Of a DNA stretch of 64,000 bases, positions 36,140-46,653 are shown piece after piece. Source of the DNA: a virus. Position numbers and translations under genes: made by a program. The stretch lies in the IMG/VR virus record IMGVR_UViG_3300044970_000539, positions 41,136-105,135 of that record; one strand, written 5' to 3'. Position 1 is the stretch's first letter; the number at the start of each line of letters is the position of its first letter. The notes below the pieces were generated by a model. That model had not been told where the DNA came from, ran no database searches, and saw only the letters and a program-made list of their open reading frames with translations.

Positions 36140-36424
36140 ATGGCTGAACATTCATTAATAGCAGTTAGCAACTCCGCTGCGACTCGTTTAACACCTGGTG
36201 GAATCCATTCTGGTATGGATGTTACTATTCAAAATGTAAACGCATCTGGGTATATATATCTTGGCGTTGACGACACTGTTACCAGTTCAAATTACGGCTT
36301 TAGAATTATGCCAAACCACGCTATTTCTTTTGAACTTGCTGGCGGAGATATACTTTACGCAATTGCATCTGCCTCAGACATGAATGCTGCCGTTATTAAA
36401 ATTAATTTAGAATCTGGATCATAA
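36140..36424 (+). CDS. Hypothetical virion-type beta protein
   Basis: IQN...IYLG...V.SSNYGFRI motif; leaderless. Confidence 0.7.
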   Translation: MAEHSLIAVSNSAATRLTPGGIHSGMDVTIQNVNASGYIYLGVDDTVTSSNYGFRIMPNHAISFELAGGDILYAIASASDMNAAVIKINLESGS

Positions 36425-36882
36425 TGGCACGGTTTACACACCCAGGAACAGATATATACGGAAACACTGTTGGATCAGTTGTTGACTTTACTGTTCAAGG
36501 TGGAGTAGTAAGCGGAACACAGCCAACATTTAACGGTGCACCACTATTTACAGGATCATACTCTAGAATTGGTGATTTAGTACACTTTCAAATTCAGGTA
36601 GACTTTGATAATATTACAAATTTTGGAGACGGTCAATATTATATAAACCTCCCATTCCCAGCAAGATATGGCTATCAAATAAGAGAAGGCTGTGTTCACG
36701 ACATTTCCACATCAAGACAATACTCTATTGGTGGACATGTTTTTGCTGGACAATCACAACTTGCATTAAATTTTATAGACACAAATGGAAGAGATTCAGC
36801 ATTTACACATAACACTCCATTTGCTTTAGCGGTACAAGATAATTTTCATACTTCAGGAACATACATAGCACAGCCAATTTAA
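36424..36882 (+). CDS. Tail-fibre-tip-like beta protein
   Basis: GSYSRIGDLVHFQI...LPF...SGTYI. Confidence 0.6.
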   Translation: MARFTHPGTDIYGNTVGSVVDFTVQGGVVSGTQPTFNGAPLFTGSYSRIGDLVHFQIQVDFDNITNFGDGQYYINLPFPARYGYQIREGCVHDISTSRQYSIGGHVFAGQSQLALNFIDTNGRDSAFTHNTPFALAVQDNFHTSGTYIAQPI

Positions 36883-36910
36883 TCTTAAATAATGATATAA
36901 TAATCTCATT

Positions 36911-37165
36911 ATGACAATTCAAGACTGGGCTTCACTAATCGTAGCAATTCTCACAATTGTGTCTTCAATAGCATTTGGAATCAAGTGGCTCGTAAAGCAT
37001 TATCTCATTGAACTTAAACCAAATTCTGGCTCGTCGCTAAAAGACCAAGTTTCAAGATTAGAAAGTCGCCTTAACGAAGCAGATGTAAAAAGAAAAGATA
37101 TGGATCGCAAACTAGATCATATGTATGATATTCTATTACAGTATATTTCTAAAAATACTAAATAA
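36911..37165 (+). CDS. Single-TM coiled-coil protein (holin-like)
   Basis: TM, ELKPNSGSSLKD, coiled coil. Confidence 0.65.
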   Translation: MTIQDWASLIVAILTIVSSIAFGIKWLVKHYLIELKPNSGSSLKDQVSRLESRLNEADVKRKDMDRKLDHMYDILLQYISKNTK

Positions 37166-37390
37166 CTACTATATATAATATATAAGATATCTTTTAAAAA
37201 CTTAACTATAGTATATTCTTTTCTTATATATATTTAAGTATACACCAAAAGTTCTTTGTTTTAACCTTTAATACCCTGGCTGATTGTAACTCTTTGATAA
37301 CAATTTAATATATAACTTTTTGTTACCATATATGTAACGTTTTGTTATACTTCTATGTATGCTGGTATAAATTAATGTTATAATGTGAGT

Positions 37391-37447
37391 GCTGACACCC
37401 TAAGTTCTACCCCCACCCCACTGCGCTTAGGGTGTCCAGCCTTTTTA
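37391..37447 (+). ncRNA. Candidate small RNA hairpin with C-rich loop
   Basis: TGTTATAAT promoter directly upstream; GCTG-ACACCCTAAG/CTTAGGGTGT-CCAGC stem; T-tract. Confidence 0.45.
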
Positions 37448-37462
37448 TGATACAATCATTAG

Positions 37463-38236
37463 GTGAAAATAAAAAATAAAAAAGAATCTAAAGACTATGT
37501 TGACATTTATTGGTCTTCATATGGGGAAAAAAATCAAAACTTTCACAGAATGTTGATGGATGTTGCTCCAGAAAAAATGACAGCCGATCTAATAAAAAAC
37601 AAGGCTATCTCTCCAAAAATACCAAAAGTTGAAACATTTCAGGCAAACGGATATCAACAATGTTCTGCTCTACATACACTTTCAAAAAATATGTTTGTTA
37701 TAAAGTCTCCAATTTCTGCAAAAATACAATTTAATGAAAATGGAGAAATAATAAAAAACACTAAAGACTCTATCTTCTTTAATGAAAGAGCATCTTCACT
37801 AAAAGATTCTTTTTCATTTGATTTTAATTTTGGATATTTATTTTTTACAGATGAAGAAAATGTCAATATTACACTAACGCCAGCATATATACATAAAACT
37901 TCATACAGAAATGATGCCTTTCTTGCCCCTGCAAAATTTAGCATATCTTCATGGTTAAGGCCAGTTACTTTTATTTTTCAGATGTGGGAAGAATCAAAAA
38001 CGTTTGAGTTAAATCAAGGAGATGCCATAGGATATATTTCTTTTGATACAGAAAAACCTATCAGATTTCATCAATTTATGGTAACTGACGATATTGTAGA
38101 TCAGGTGTCTGCCTGTATAAACTATAAATATTTTAAAAAGTTTGTTCCAATGAAGGACCTATATGATTTATTTAAAAGAACATCTTTAAAAAATGTAGTT
38201 TTAAAGGAAATAAAGAAAAATGTTATATCTGATTAA
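37463..38236 (+). CDS. Hypothetical protein
   Basis: Paralogue of 35225..35965. Confidence 0.7.
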   Translation: MKIKNKKESKDYVDIYWSSYGEKNQNFHRMLMDVAPEKMTADLIKNKAISPKIPKVETFQANGYQQCSALHTLSKNMFVIKSPISAKIQFNENGEIIKNTKDSIFFNERASSLKDSFSFDFNFGYLFFTDEENVNITLTPAYIHKTSYRNDAFLAPAKFSISSWLRPVTFIFQMWEESKTFELNQGDAIGYISFDTEKPIRFHQFMVTDDIVDQVSACINYKYFKKFVPMKDLYDLFKRTSLKNVVLKEIKKNVISD

Positions 38237-38261
38237 AGACTTTGTGGTATAATCTAGTATT

Positions 38262-38678
38262 ATGTGCTCTCCTTTAATTGAAAAACTCGGTGCCTCACCA
38301 GCCAATATCCAATGGACAGTGGTCCGTGGAGACACTGCAAACCTTAGAGTAGATTTTCTTGAAGATGATGAAGTAACAGCCTACGATACAAGTGGATGGA
38401 CATTTTCTGCTTCAGCCTATGATCCAGCAGGAGATTTTGTAGATGAACTAGTCGTTGAATCATATGACGATGGAACAGTTTTTATTATTGCTAGTCAAGA
38501 TATAACTGCTAACTGGGGTATTGCTAAGTATAAGCCTATTGTTGCAGAGTTGAGATTTGACCTTACCGCCACAATTCCTGGAGATGGAGTATCTGGCGGT
38601 GGAGGAGATCTTGAAACAGTTTGGACTCCAGTTGTTGGAACAATCTGTGTTCTTGGAGATGTTAGTGGCACATTATGA
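38262..38678 (+). CDS. Virion structural protein (BppU-like N-terminal fold)
   Basis: W.VVRGDT...G.I.V.GDV; related to 39527 and 46653. Confidence 0.6.
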   Translation: MCSPLIEKLGASPANIQWTVVRGDTANLRVDFLEDDEVTAYDTSGWTFSASAYDPAGDFVDELVVESYDDGTVFIIASQDITANWGIAKYKPIVAELRFDLTATIPGDGVSGGGGDLETVWTPVVGTICVLGDVSGTL

Positions 38679-38764
38679 TTGTTAAAGTAACTTCAAATAA
38701 AGTAAACCTTCCACCTGCAATTAAAGTTGGAACAAAGATCTATAAAGTAAAGTAAAATAGATCC

Positions 38765-39502
38765 ATGGCAACTAGCATGGAACCACCTCAACCTTTAAAG
38801 AAAAAAAACTATTTAGACGCAGTTAAATCTTCAAACCCACAAGAACTAGATAAACAATATATTGCAGTTCCTGGACTACAAGGAGAAACTGGATTAACAG
38901 GTCCCAAAGGAGATAAGGGTGATAAGGGTGATACAGGCCCTCAAGGACCACAAGGAGAACGTGGTAGGCCTGGACCGCAGGGAGAGCGTGGCGAGCCTGG
39001 TAGAGGAGGAGAAGGATATGATTCACTTTCAGGACAATATCCAGGTTGGGTATATTATAAAAATAAACTAGACACTGCCAGCCTTTTAGGACCACAAAGA
39101 GGAGATGACGGATGGGTATCTCTTAATTTTTATCCAAACCTTGAATTATCAAATAAAGACTACAATGTAAAAAATAATCCAGAACTTTGGTTATCAGATA
39201 ACAACATGTTTAATTTTAAATCATTAAAACTAGGTGCTAAAGTTGACATAAGGTATGACTTTACAATAACTACTGAATCAAACTACACAGAGTTATGGAT
39301 TAGAACCTTTAATGAAAAATATTTAAATTCTCCTACCTCTTATGTAGCAAACCTTAAATACCAGTATTCTTACGATATGTCATTTTTTCAAACCCTGTAT
39401 ATTGACGATCAAAGAATTAAGGGGTATGGGGCAAAAGCACAAGCAAGAACTGATTCAGAAAGTGCCTTATTATTAAATGGCATCTATATATCAGTCTGTT
39501 AA
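38765..39502 (+). CDS. Collagen-like repeat virion protein
   Basis: ~15 Gly-X-Y triplets. Confidence 0.85.
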   Translation: MATSMEPPQPLKKKNYLDAVKSSNPQELDKQYIAVPGLQGETGLTGPKGDKGDKGDTGPQGPQGERGRPGPQGERGEPGRGGEGYDSLSGQYPGWVYYKNKLDTASLLGPQRGDDGWVSLNFYPNLELSNKDYNVKNNPELWLSDNNMFNFKSLKLGAKVDIRYDFTITTESNYTELWIRTFNEKYLNSPTSYVANLKYQYSYDMSFFQTLYIDDQRIKGYGAKAQARTDSESALLLNGIYISVC

Positions 39503-39526
39503 TGGTATAATAAAGCAGGAGGAATA

Positions 39527-39880
39527 ATGGCATTTCCAGGTACATATAATTTTAGTTACTATCGTGGGGACACGTATCAATTTGTAATCCGTCCAAAAAA
39601 TGCAAATGGAACAACCTTTGCACTTGATGCTTATGCAGGCAATGCAGACTTTACTATAGCAAATGTCCGTGGAAGCACTGGAACTCAGATTGCTGCAACT
39701 GCAACGGTAGATACAGCAAATGACATTATTACATGCACTATTACGGGCAGTCAAGGAAGACAACTAGTTGGCGGAACTACATATGTTTATGACGTTCAAA
39801 TTGATAACGGTGCAGGTATTATTTATACACTTCTAACTGGTTCTATTTCAGTAACAAACGATATCACTGGAGCCGTATAG
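39527..39880 (+). CDS. Virion structural protein (BppU-like)
   Basis: YNFSYYRGDT, YVYDVQI, LLTGSISV..DIT. Confidence 0.65.
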   Translation: MAFPGTYNFSYYRGDTYQFVIRPKNANGTTFALDAYAGNADFTIANVRGSTGTQIAATATVDTANDIITCTITGSQGRQLVGGTTYVYDVQIDNGAGIIYTLLTGSISVTNDITGAV

Positions 39881-40443
39881 TGGCAGATGTTGTTTTATCA
39901 AATGATGATTTAACTGTTTTATCTGGACCATCAACAGTAGAATTGCTTGTGGACATTGGTCCAACAGGAACTCGTGGCAGTAAGTTTTTTGTGGGTATTG
40001 GAAATCCAAATTTAATTTCTGGACTAGGCCAAATACTAAATGACATGTATATTAATACAGCACCTGGAGAAGACTATGGATACCTATATCAATATGTATC
40101 TGAGCCTGGAGGAAACTCTTGGGTTGAGGTTTTAAAGATTAATCCAACAATTTATTCTAAACTTCATACAGTAACTTTTGCTTCAGGAACAAGTGCATAT
40201 GCTGGAAATGGATCTATACTTATTCCAATAACAGATATATCAACTGCTGCAGGACTTACGGCTGAAAACTTTAATGTGCAATATTCAATTCAAAATGCAA
40301 ACCCATTAGCATCTTCTATTTCATCTATTCAGATATCTGGAACAGATTTAATTATAAATCTTGAGGCTTCTGAATATGATGGAACTTGGGGTCCACTTGA
40401 TGCAGAGGTTTCTGTTAATATTTTTGTATCGGTCATGATATAA
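39880..40443 (+). CDS. Virion structural protein
   Basis: GP.G.RGS..F.G.G.P...DMYIN motif. Confidence 0.65.
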   Translation: MADVVLSNDDLTVLSGPSTVELLVDIGPTGTRGSKFFVGIGNPNLISGLGQILNDMYINTAPGEDYGYLYQYVSEPGGNSWVEVLKINPTIYSKLHTVTFASGTSAYAGNGSILIPITDISTAAGLTAENFNVQYSIQNANPLASSISSIQISGTDLIINLEASEYDGTWGPLDAEVSVNIFVSVMI

Positions 40444-40461
40444 TGAATGAGGTGAAATGAC

Positions 40462-41490
40462 ATGGCAGCAGAATCAATAGGAGCAATATACTCCACAAAA
40501 ATTCCAGGGTATGCAGACAATGCTGATATTCAGGCTGCCTTTAAATTATATCATTACGGATCAGCAGAATACAATAGTGCTAATGCTAATACCGCAAACC
40601 TAGTAAACCCATCTATTGCATATACCTTAAATGACATTCAATCACAAATTACAGCACTTGATCCAGCAGGTGGAATATCAAAATCTATAATTGATGCCAA
40701 GGGTGATTTGTTAGTAGGCTCTGCAAATGATACAGTAGATAATCTTACAGTAGGAAGTAATAACTTTATATTAACTGCAGACTCTTCACAAACACTTGGA
40801 ATTAAGTGGGCTGCGCCAGAAATTACTGCTACCAATACGGTTACTTTTACAAATAAGTCAGTTTCTCTTGCAACTAACACATTGACAGGTACAATTGCAC
40901 AATTTAACACAGCAGTATCTGATGCTGACTTTGCAACACTAGCAGGTACTGAGACCCTCACAAACAAGTCAATTTCTCTTACAAATAACACATTAACAGG
41001 AACTAAGGCACAATTTAATACTGCAATGTCAGATGCAGATTTTGCAACAATTGCAGGAGCAGAAACTTTAACAAACAAGACTTTAACTAGCCCAATAATC
41101 AATACAGCAACAATAAGTTTAGGAGCACAGATAGATGGTGGTGGATATACTTACAAGAATCTTCATCCATCTACAACTGTTGCCACAGCATCTGCAACTC
41201 CATCAATTGCAGTAAATACAGATTCATATTATGTTTTAAATAACTCTGCAAACACTGTCTCAGCAATGACAATTACCTTTACGGGTTTTGCAACAAGCGG
41301 AACAGCACATGCTTGGCAAGTAGAAGTAGACCGTGGATCTGGAACTTTGGCATTAACATGGCCAGCAGCAGTGGTTTGGGATGGTGGAACTGCACCATCA
41401 ACAACGGCAAGCAAAAAAACAGTCTTTACATTTTTAACTCGTGACGGTGGAACAACTATTTATGGTGGAACAGCATTTGGAGCAATCTAA
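40462..41490 (+). CDS. Tail fibre protein
   Basis: AKGDLLVG, repeated ETLTNK...LTGT.AQFNTA.SDADFAT, LTWP..V.WDGGTAP. Confidence 0.8.
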   Translation: MAAESIGAIYSTKIPGYADNADIQAAFKLYHYGSAEYNSANANTANLVNPSIAYTLNDIQSQITALDPAGGISKSIIDAKGDLLVGSANDTVDNLTVGSNNFILTADSSQTLGIKWAAPEITATNTVTFTNKSVSLATNTLTGTIAQFNTAVSDADFATLAGTETLTNKSISLTNNTLTGTKAQFNTAMSDADFATIAGAETLTNKTLTSPIINTATISLGAQIDGGGYTYKNLHPSTTVATASATPSIAVNTDSYYVLNNSANTVSAMTITFTGFATSGTAHAWQVEVDRGSGTLALTWPAAVVWDGGTAPSTTASKKTVFTFLTRDGGTTIYGGTAFGAI

Positions 41491-42401
41491 TGCTTCCACA
41501 CATTATTCTATTAACTAGAAAACAAAAATCACTACCACTGAGTGCAACATGGTCTACTGGATTTGTAGGTGGATCAAGCCAGTATTGGACAAACGCATAT
41601 GGAGTAGTTTCTGTTACAGATGGAACAAATCTACTTTCTGGATTAGACTATAATGGTTCAACATTAAGTGGAACCAATATGTTTTATTTATCACCATCGA
41701 CTGGCTATGCTTGGACCGCTGGTACAACCTATCCATTAGCAGCAGATGTTCAAGTCGCTGAATTTTTAACTCCATATTTTTATTTTATTGGAGGGGGAAC
41801 TGCTTCAGCAACTTCATATATAACAAATGGAACTGCAAGTAGTTGGACAGCAATTGCAAGCACAAATAAAGGAAGAAGGCAAGGTGGATTAGCAAAAATT
41901 GGATCAACTTTATATGCTTTTGGTGGCCTTGGTAATGGCTCCAATGAAGGGGGTACTAACTGGGAATCATATAACGGATCTTCATGGATAAATGGAGGAA
42001 ATACTCCAGCATTCATTGCAAATACATCAAATGCGGCAAAAACAATTGGAAGCAATATTTATTTATTGAGTTTTCTTGCATTTTATAAATTTGATGGAGT
42101 CAATTTTACTGCATTAACAAGTCCTCCAGTAACTGCTAGATATTCAGCAAATACTGTTCTTAATGGTAGGTTTTATATTATGGGCGGACAAGGTGTTTCA
42201 GATTTTTTTCCACACGCTTTAGTTCATTCAACAGATGCAAATGGAGCAACTTGGCAAGTAGAAACACCTCTTCCATACGGAAGATATTTTGGATCTGCAG
42301 TAACATATCTTAATCAAATTTTTAATTTTGCAGGACAAGGTACTGGTCCAGATACAGGAGTAAGTTACCAAAGAACAATTTATAGAAACAACCAAACATA
42401 A
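41490..42401 (+). CDS. Kelch/beta-propeller-like receptor-binding protein
   Basis: Repeated LY.FGG/FYIMGG/IFNFAG and W..ETPLP. Confidence 0.65.
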   Translation: MLPHIILLTRKQKSLPLSATWSTGFVGGSSQYWTNAYGVVSVTDGTNLLSGLDYNGSTLSGTNMFYLSPSTGYAWTAGTTYPLAADVQVAEFLTPYFYFIGGGTASATSYITNGTASSWTAIASTNKGRRQGGLAKIGSTLYAFGGLGNGSNEGGTNWESYNGSSWINGGNTPAFIANTSNAAKTIGSNIYLLSFLAFYKFDGVNFTALTSPPVTARYSANTVLNGRFYIMGGQGVSDFFPHALVHSTDANGATWQVETPLPYGRYFGSAVTYLNQIFNFAGQGTGPDTGVSYQRTIYRNNQT

Positions 42402-42410
42402 GGAGAAAAA

Positions 42411-42710
42411 ATGAGAGAATATACAGTAAGAGTAACTCAAGAAGAAGGAAAGCATGTAGCCTGGATTGACATTGATGGAAGTCCAGTTATCAAACAACTT
42501 TCTAGACCTGGGTCACAAGAAGGTGAATTCTTTGAAAGTTCTGCAGATGCTAATTCATGGGCAGATTCACATGTGCTAGAAATTCAGGCATCAGAACAAG
42601 CACAACTAGAAGAAGTTGCTAGACAAGAAGCCTTAGTTGCACAAGCACAGGCAGATTCAGAGAGACTTTTAAGAATTGAAGAAAAGTTAGATCAGTTATT
42701 AAATCCTTAA
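42411..42710 (+). CDS. Hypothetical protein (possible fibre chaperone)
   Basis: AGGAG RBS; follows fibre genes. Confidence 0.65.
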   Translation: MREYTVRVTQEEGKHVAWIDIDGSPVIKQLSRPGSQEGEFFESSADANSWADSHVLEIQASEQAQLEEVARQEALVAQAQADSERLLRIEEKLDQLLNP

Positions 42711-42754
42711 ACAAAATAATGTTATAATGAAAACAACATAAGGAGTTTTATAAA

Positions 42755-43663
42755 ATGCCATTGCTGGGTGCTCGTGGAGGTGGATCTGTAAGAGGGTTTG
42801 GTCGTTTTGGCAAAGCCTTGCTTTTATCCTTTATAGACAACCTTAATAGATCAACCTCTGGAACTTTGGGAACATCAAGTGATGGCAAGGGAATATGGTC
42901 AAATATAAGAGGAGCCTGGATTGGAAATGGCTCTTCTGCAATTAACGCAGATGCAGCATCTAATAATAGTATTACAACAATAACTCTTGATGGATCAACA
43001 ATTACAAATGCACAAGTTGATGTTAATGCAAGCGGAGGAGTAGGGTTATCTTTCTGGGTAACAGATGCTAATAACTACTATGCTATTTTTCCATCTTATA
43101 ATTTAACAACTTCTTCATCTACAACATGCTCTTTAGCATCAACAAATTCTGGACAGAATAATTATTCTGGATTTTGTGCAAATGGAAATTCTTACAGTGT
43201 TCCAGAGTGGGAATGCTACGGACCAGGCTTTGGTCAATATGCATATTGCTCGGGCAATAACTGTTGTTATAATTTTGGATCAGGCTGGAATCCAGGAGTA
43301 CAATGGAGCACCTCCTTTTACACAAATGGTACTAGAAATCAAACAATTGTTACATCAAACTATACATCAAGAGTAAATTTAAAAAAAGTTGAATCTGGAT
43401 CAGAAACTGAATTAATAAGTTCAAACTATAACTCTAGCAGTTCAGCCTATTCTAAGACTAACTCAATTGCAATTAGTACATCAGGTGACACAATATCTTA
43501 TAGTTTTTACAGCGGTACAGGAAAAAGTGGATCCCTACTCGCATCTGGATCAAATACTCCATCTAGTCCAATAAAAGGAAATAAGATAGGTCTATTTAAA
43601 GGAACATCTATAACAGAACAAGGCAGCACATTAAATAATATTGAAGTAACCGTAACCGCATAA
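42755..43663 (+). CDS. Virion fibre-associated protein, variable Cys-rich cassette copy A
   Basis: MPLLGARGGGSVRGFG N-terminus; paralogues at 44110 and 52184. Confidence 0.75.
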   Translation: MPLLGARGGGSVRGFGRFGKALLLSFIDNLNRSTSGTLGTSSDGKGIWSNIRGAWIGNGSSAINADAASNNSITTITLDGSTITNAQVDVNASGGVGLSFWVTDANNYYAIFPSYNLTTSSSTTCSLASTNSGQNNYSGFCANGNSYSVPEWECYGPGFGQYAYCSGNNCCYNFGSGWNPGVQWSTSFYTNGTRNQTIVTSNYTSRVNLKKVESGSETELISSNYNSSSSAYSKTNSIAISTSGDTISYSFYSGTGKSGSLLASGSNTPSSPIKGNKIGLFKGTSITEQGSTLNNIEVTVTA

Positions 43664-43711
43664 AACTTTAATGATAGAACTTAACTACTAGGAAATATAG
43701 GGAGAATACAT

Positions 43712-44056
43712 ATGAGTGAGATGACAGAAGAAGAAATAAATCAACTAACACCAAAAAAGGTAGCATTTATAATTGATGGTGAGGTTGTTGACATTGTAGG
43801 TACAGATGAAAGGCTTGCTGCAATATTTTTAAGCCAACCAACTATGGTTGATGTTACTGGACCAGATGGAAGTTCAACAACGGACATAGGTTACAGTTAT
43901 GATCAAATAACTGGAGAATTTAGAGAACCAAAACCATATGAGTCTTGGATTTTTGATCAAGAAAGAAGTCGCTGGAGAGCACCAGTAGAGTTTCCAATAG
44001 ATGGAAGAAGTTATACTTGGGATGAGGAAACAATTTCTTGGAATTTACAGTCCTAG
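43712..44056 (+). CDS. Small partner protein (AFIID..VVD..TDERLAAIFLSQP family)
   Basis: Paralogues at 45061, 51913, 53354. Confidence 0.75.
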   Translation: MSEMTEEEINQLTPKKVAFIIDGEVVDIVGTDERLAAIFLSQPTMVDVTGPDGSSTTDIGYSYDQITGEFREPKPYESWIFDQERSRWRAPVEFPIDGRSYTWDEETISWNLQS

Positions 44057-44109
44057 TTTATTTTAAAATAAATTATGATATAATAAAAACAACATAAGGA
44101 GATTTATAA

Positions 44110-45048
44110 ATGCCAATGATGGGTTCTCGTGGTGGGGGTTCCATAAGAGGTTTTGGCCGTTTTGGCAAGAACATATTACTTGCTTTTCTTGATTCTTTAA
44201 ATAGAACAACCTCTGGCTCCCTTGGAACATCAAGCGATGGTAAGGCTGTGTGGAAAAATGTTAGAGGAACCTGGCAAGGAAATGGAAGTGCTGGTTCTTC
44301 AAACGCCGCAGCATCAGGAAACAATATTGCTGTTGTAGACTTAGATGCAACAGTTATTTCAAATCTTCAGGTTGATACAGGAAACACTTCAGGAGTTGGA
44401 CTAGCATTTTGGGTAACAGATGCTAACAACTGGTGGGCATCAACAACATCAAACTCAACTAGTTCTTATAACTATTCAACTTGCACTGGAGGAGGATCTG
44501 GCCTACAGGCAGGTGGTTGTCCAGGAAGTTGTTTTGGAGCATGTGGTGGTTGTAACCAATCATCAAGTTACTACGTTTGGTATGTTTATTGCAATTATGG
44601 TCGTGGCTATCAGACATGGACTACAACATCAAATACATTTCAGGTTGCTGAAATTGGACAGGGTGCTTGCCAATACTATGGTGGGCAGCCTAATTACAGA
44701 GACTCAGTTACTGCATATGGATGTTCGTCAACTACCCAGTCATTTTCAGGAACTAACTACCTTTCTAACTTTAAGTTACTAAATAATTCAGGAACGGTAG
44801 TAAATACAGAGTACAATACAAACACATCTGCATTTGCTTCTGCAGGATCAATAGCAATTTCAACTGTAGGAAACGTAATTACATACTCAGTATATTCTGC
44901 AGCAAATAAAGGTGGCAGTTTATTACATACTGGAGCATATACAGCAACAACCCCAACTAAGGGTCCTGGAGTTGGAATCTTTCATAGTGATGGTGGATCA
45001 AACCAAGGCTCTTCTGTAAGTAATTTTAGTGTAACGACAGTACTATAG
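44110..45048 (+). CDS. Variable Cys-rich cassette copy B
   Basis: Paralogue of 42755 and 52184. Confidence 0.75.
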   Translation: MPMMGSRGGGSIRGFGRFGKNILLAFLDSLNRTTSGSLGTSSDGKAVWKNVRGTWQGNGSAGSSNAAASGNNIAVVDLDATVISNLQVDTGNTSGVGLAFWVTDANNWWASTTSNSTSSYNYSTCTGGGSGLQAGGCPGSCFGACGGCNQSSSYYVWYVYCNYGRGYQTWTTTSNTFQVAEIGQGACQYYGGQPNYRDSVTAYGCSSTTQSFSGTNYLSNFKLLNNSGTVVNTEYNTNTSAFASAGSIAISTVGNVITYSVYSAANKGGSLLHTGAYTATTPTKGPGVGIFHSDGGSNQGSSVSNFSVTTVL

Positions 45049-45060
45049 GAGATAAAACAA

Positions 45061-45348
45061 GTGTCAGAAAATAATAATAATCTTACACCAAACAAGTTAG
45101 CAGTTATTACAGATAACGTTGTAATGGATGTTTTACATACAGATGAAAGATTGGCTGCAATATTGTTAAGTCAGCCCACAGTCCTAGAGTTAACAGAAGA
45201 ATATGAAGAAGTAAATTCAAGAATTGGAAATGTTTATGATGAATCTACTCAAAAATTTATGCCACCATCTCCAGGGCCATCACATGTTTGGAATGAAGAC
45301 ATTAAAGGTTGGGTTATCCGAGAAATTTTTGATACTCTTGAGCCTTAA
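45061..45348 (+). CDS. Small partner protein
   Basis: DVLHTDERLAAILLSQP. Confidence 0.75.
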   Translation: MSENNNNLTPNKLAVITDNVVMDVLHTDERLAAILLSQPTVLELTEEYEEVNSRIGNVYDESTQKFMPPSPGPSHVWNEDIKGWVIREIFDTLEP

Positions 45349-45387
45349 GTAAATTTCAATAAAAAATAAAACAAAATATAAATAATA

Positions 45388-45421
45388 AAAACCCCCAAGG
45401 ATTTCTCCAAGGGGGTATTTT
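45388..45421. terminator. Bidirectional intrinsic terminator
   Basis: ACCCCC-AAGGA-TTTC-TCCAA-GGGGGT flanked by A/T tracts, between convergent genes. Confidence 0.65.
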
Positions 45422-45433
45422 ATTTGTATAAAA

Positions 45434-45979
45434 CTATTTAGGAAATTTATTCATCCACATTCTAGTTTTAGGTGTTATGCCTTTCCAAGAAGACCAATCT
45501 TCTCCACCCCTAGACATATAGTATGCAATCTCAGCATTTTTTACTGGATTAAATAATTCAGCGTTAGAGTCAAGATCAAACTTATCTCGTCTGTCTGGAC
45601 CCAAGTTATCAATCATATTAATTTGAAACACCCCGTAGGATGAGTCCCCAGTCTTATGGTTTCCGTTAAATGCTAAAGGACGACCATTAGATTCTTTCTT
45701 GGCAATAGCCCAAGCCACTACTAAATCATTACCTCTAAACCCAACAAGGTGAAGAAGGTCTTTTAATTCAACATCTGTAAGATGTGTTTTGTTTTCATAA
45801 CGTTCTAACATTTTTGCTTTAGAAACAACAAAAGCCACCTTGTGGGTGGCAGCAGGGTTTTCAGCCTGTTTAATTAGTAAGTTATTTTCCGTACTTGACG
45901 CATTGGCAAAGTTGCTAAATGGTGCAACAACCCCTACCAATGCTAGGATTCCAATCCAAGCCTTTAAATCTCTTCTCAT
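45434..45979 (-). CDS. Secreted lytic transglycosylase (SLT/lysozyme-like)
   Basis: Signal/TM; AIAKKESNG, SYGVFQIN, LFNP.KNA.IAY, W.SW. Confidence 0.85.
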   Translation of the reverse strand: MRRDLKAWIGILALVGVVAPFSNFANASSTENNLLIKQAENPAATHKVAFVVSKAKMLERYENKTHLTDVELKDLLHLVGFRGNDLVVAWAIAKKESNGRPLAFNGNHKTGDSSYGVFQINMIDNLGPDRRDKFDLDSNAELFNPVKNAEIAYYMSRGGEDWSSWKGITPKTRMWMNKFPK

Positions 45980-46125
45980 AATAAAAACCTCCTAGAGACT
46001 AAAAATGCTACTTGTTAGTAGCATGTATTAATTATAACATGAATTTGGCTTTAAAGTCAAACTTTGGATAACATTTTAATAACTTTTTAATTTTTATGCG
46101 GGGAAGTGGTATAATAATAAGTACT

Positions 46126-46653
46126 ATGGCTACTGGTGCAACTACAACTTATGATCTTCCTTACCCCCTTTTAACTGACCCTGTAAATGTCCATGAGGAT
46201 ATTCAGTCATTAGCAGAAAAAATAGAAGATGTTATTTCAAACGTTGGTCTTCCTTTTATTTCACTTGAAGTTAGAAATACAACAGGTGCAACAATTGCAA
46301 AAGGAACTCCTGTATATATTTCAGGGTATTCAACAAAACCATTAATTGCAAAATCTGACTCAGATGATCTAGCAACATTTCCAGTGGTAGGAATAACACA
46401 AGCATCAATTGCAAATAACGCAAATGGAGTAATTATTATCTCTGGAGTGTTTGAGGACATTGACACTTCTTCTTATACCGCTGGAGAAATATTATATGTT
46501 GCAAATGGTGGAGGACTTACAGATACGATCCCAGCAGGTGGATCAGGTGCGGTAGCAGTAGTTGCTAAATCAAATGCATCAACTGGAATAATTATTGTTG
46601 GACAACCAAAAGGCAATGGAACGTGGGGATCAATGAAAGCAGGTTTGGCATAA
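46126..46653 (+). CDS. Virion structural protein
   Basis: LPYP...D.VNV..DIQ.LA; N.TG.TIAKGTPVYISG. Confidence 0.7.
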   Translation: MATGATTTYDLPYPLLTDPVNVHEDIQSLAEKIEDVISNVGLPFISLEVRNTTGATIAKGTPVYISGYSTKPLIAKSDSDDLATFPVVGITQASIANNANGVIIISGVFEDIDTSSYTAGEILYVANGGGLTDTIPAGGSGAVAVVAKSNASTGIIIVGQPKGNGTWGSMKAGLA

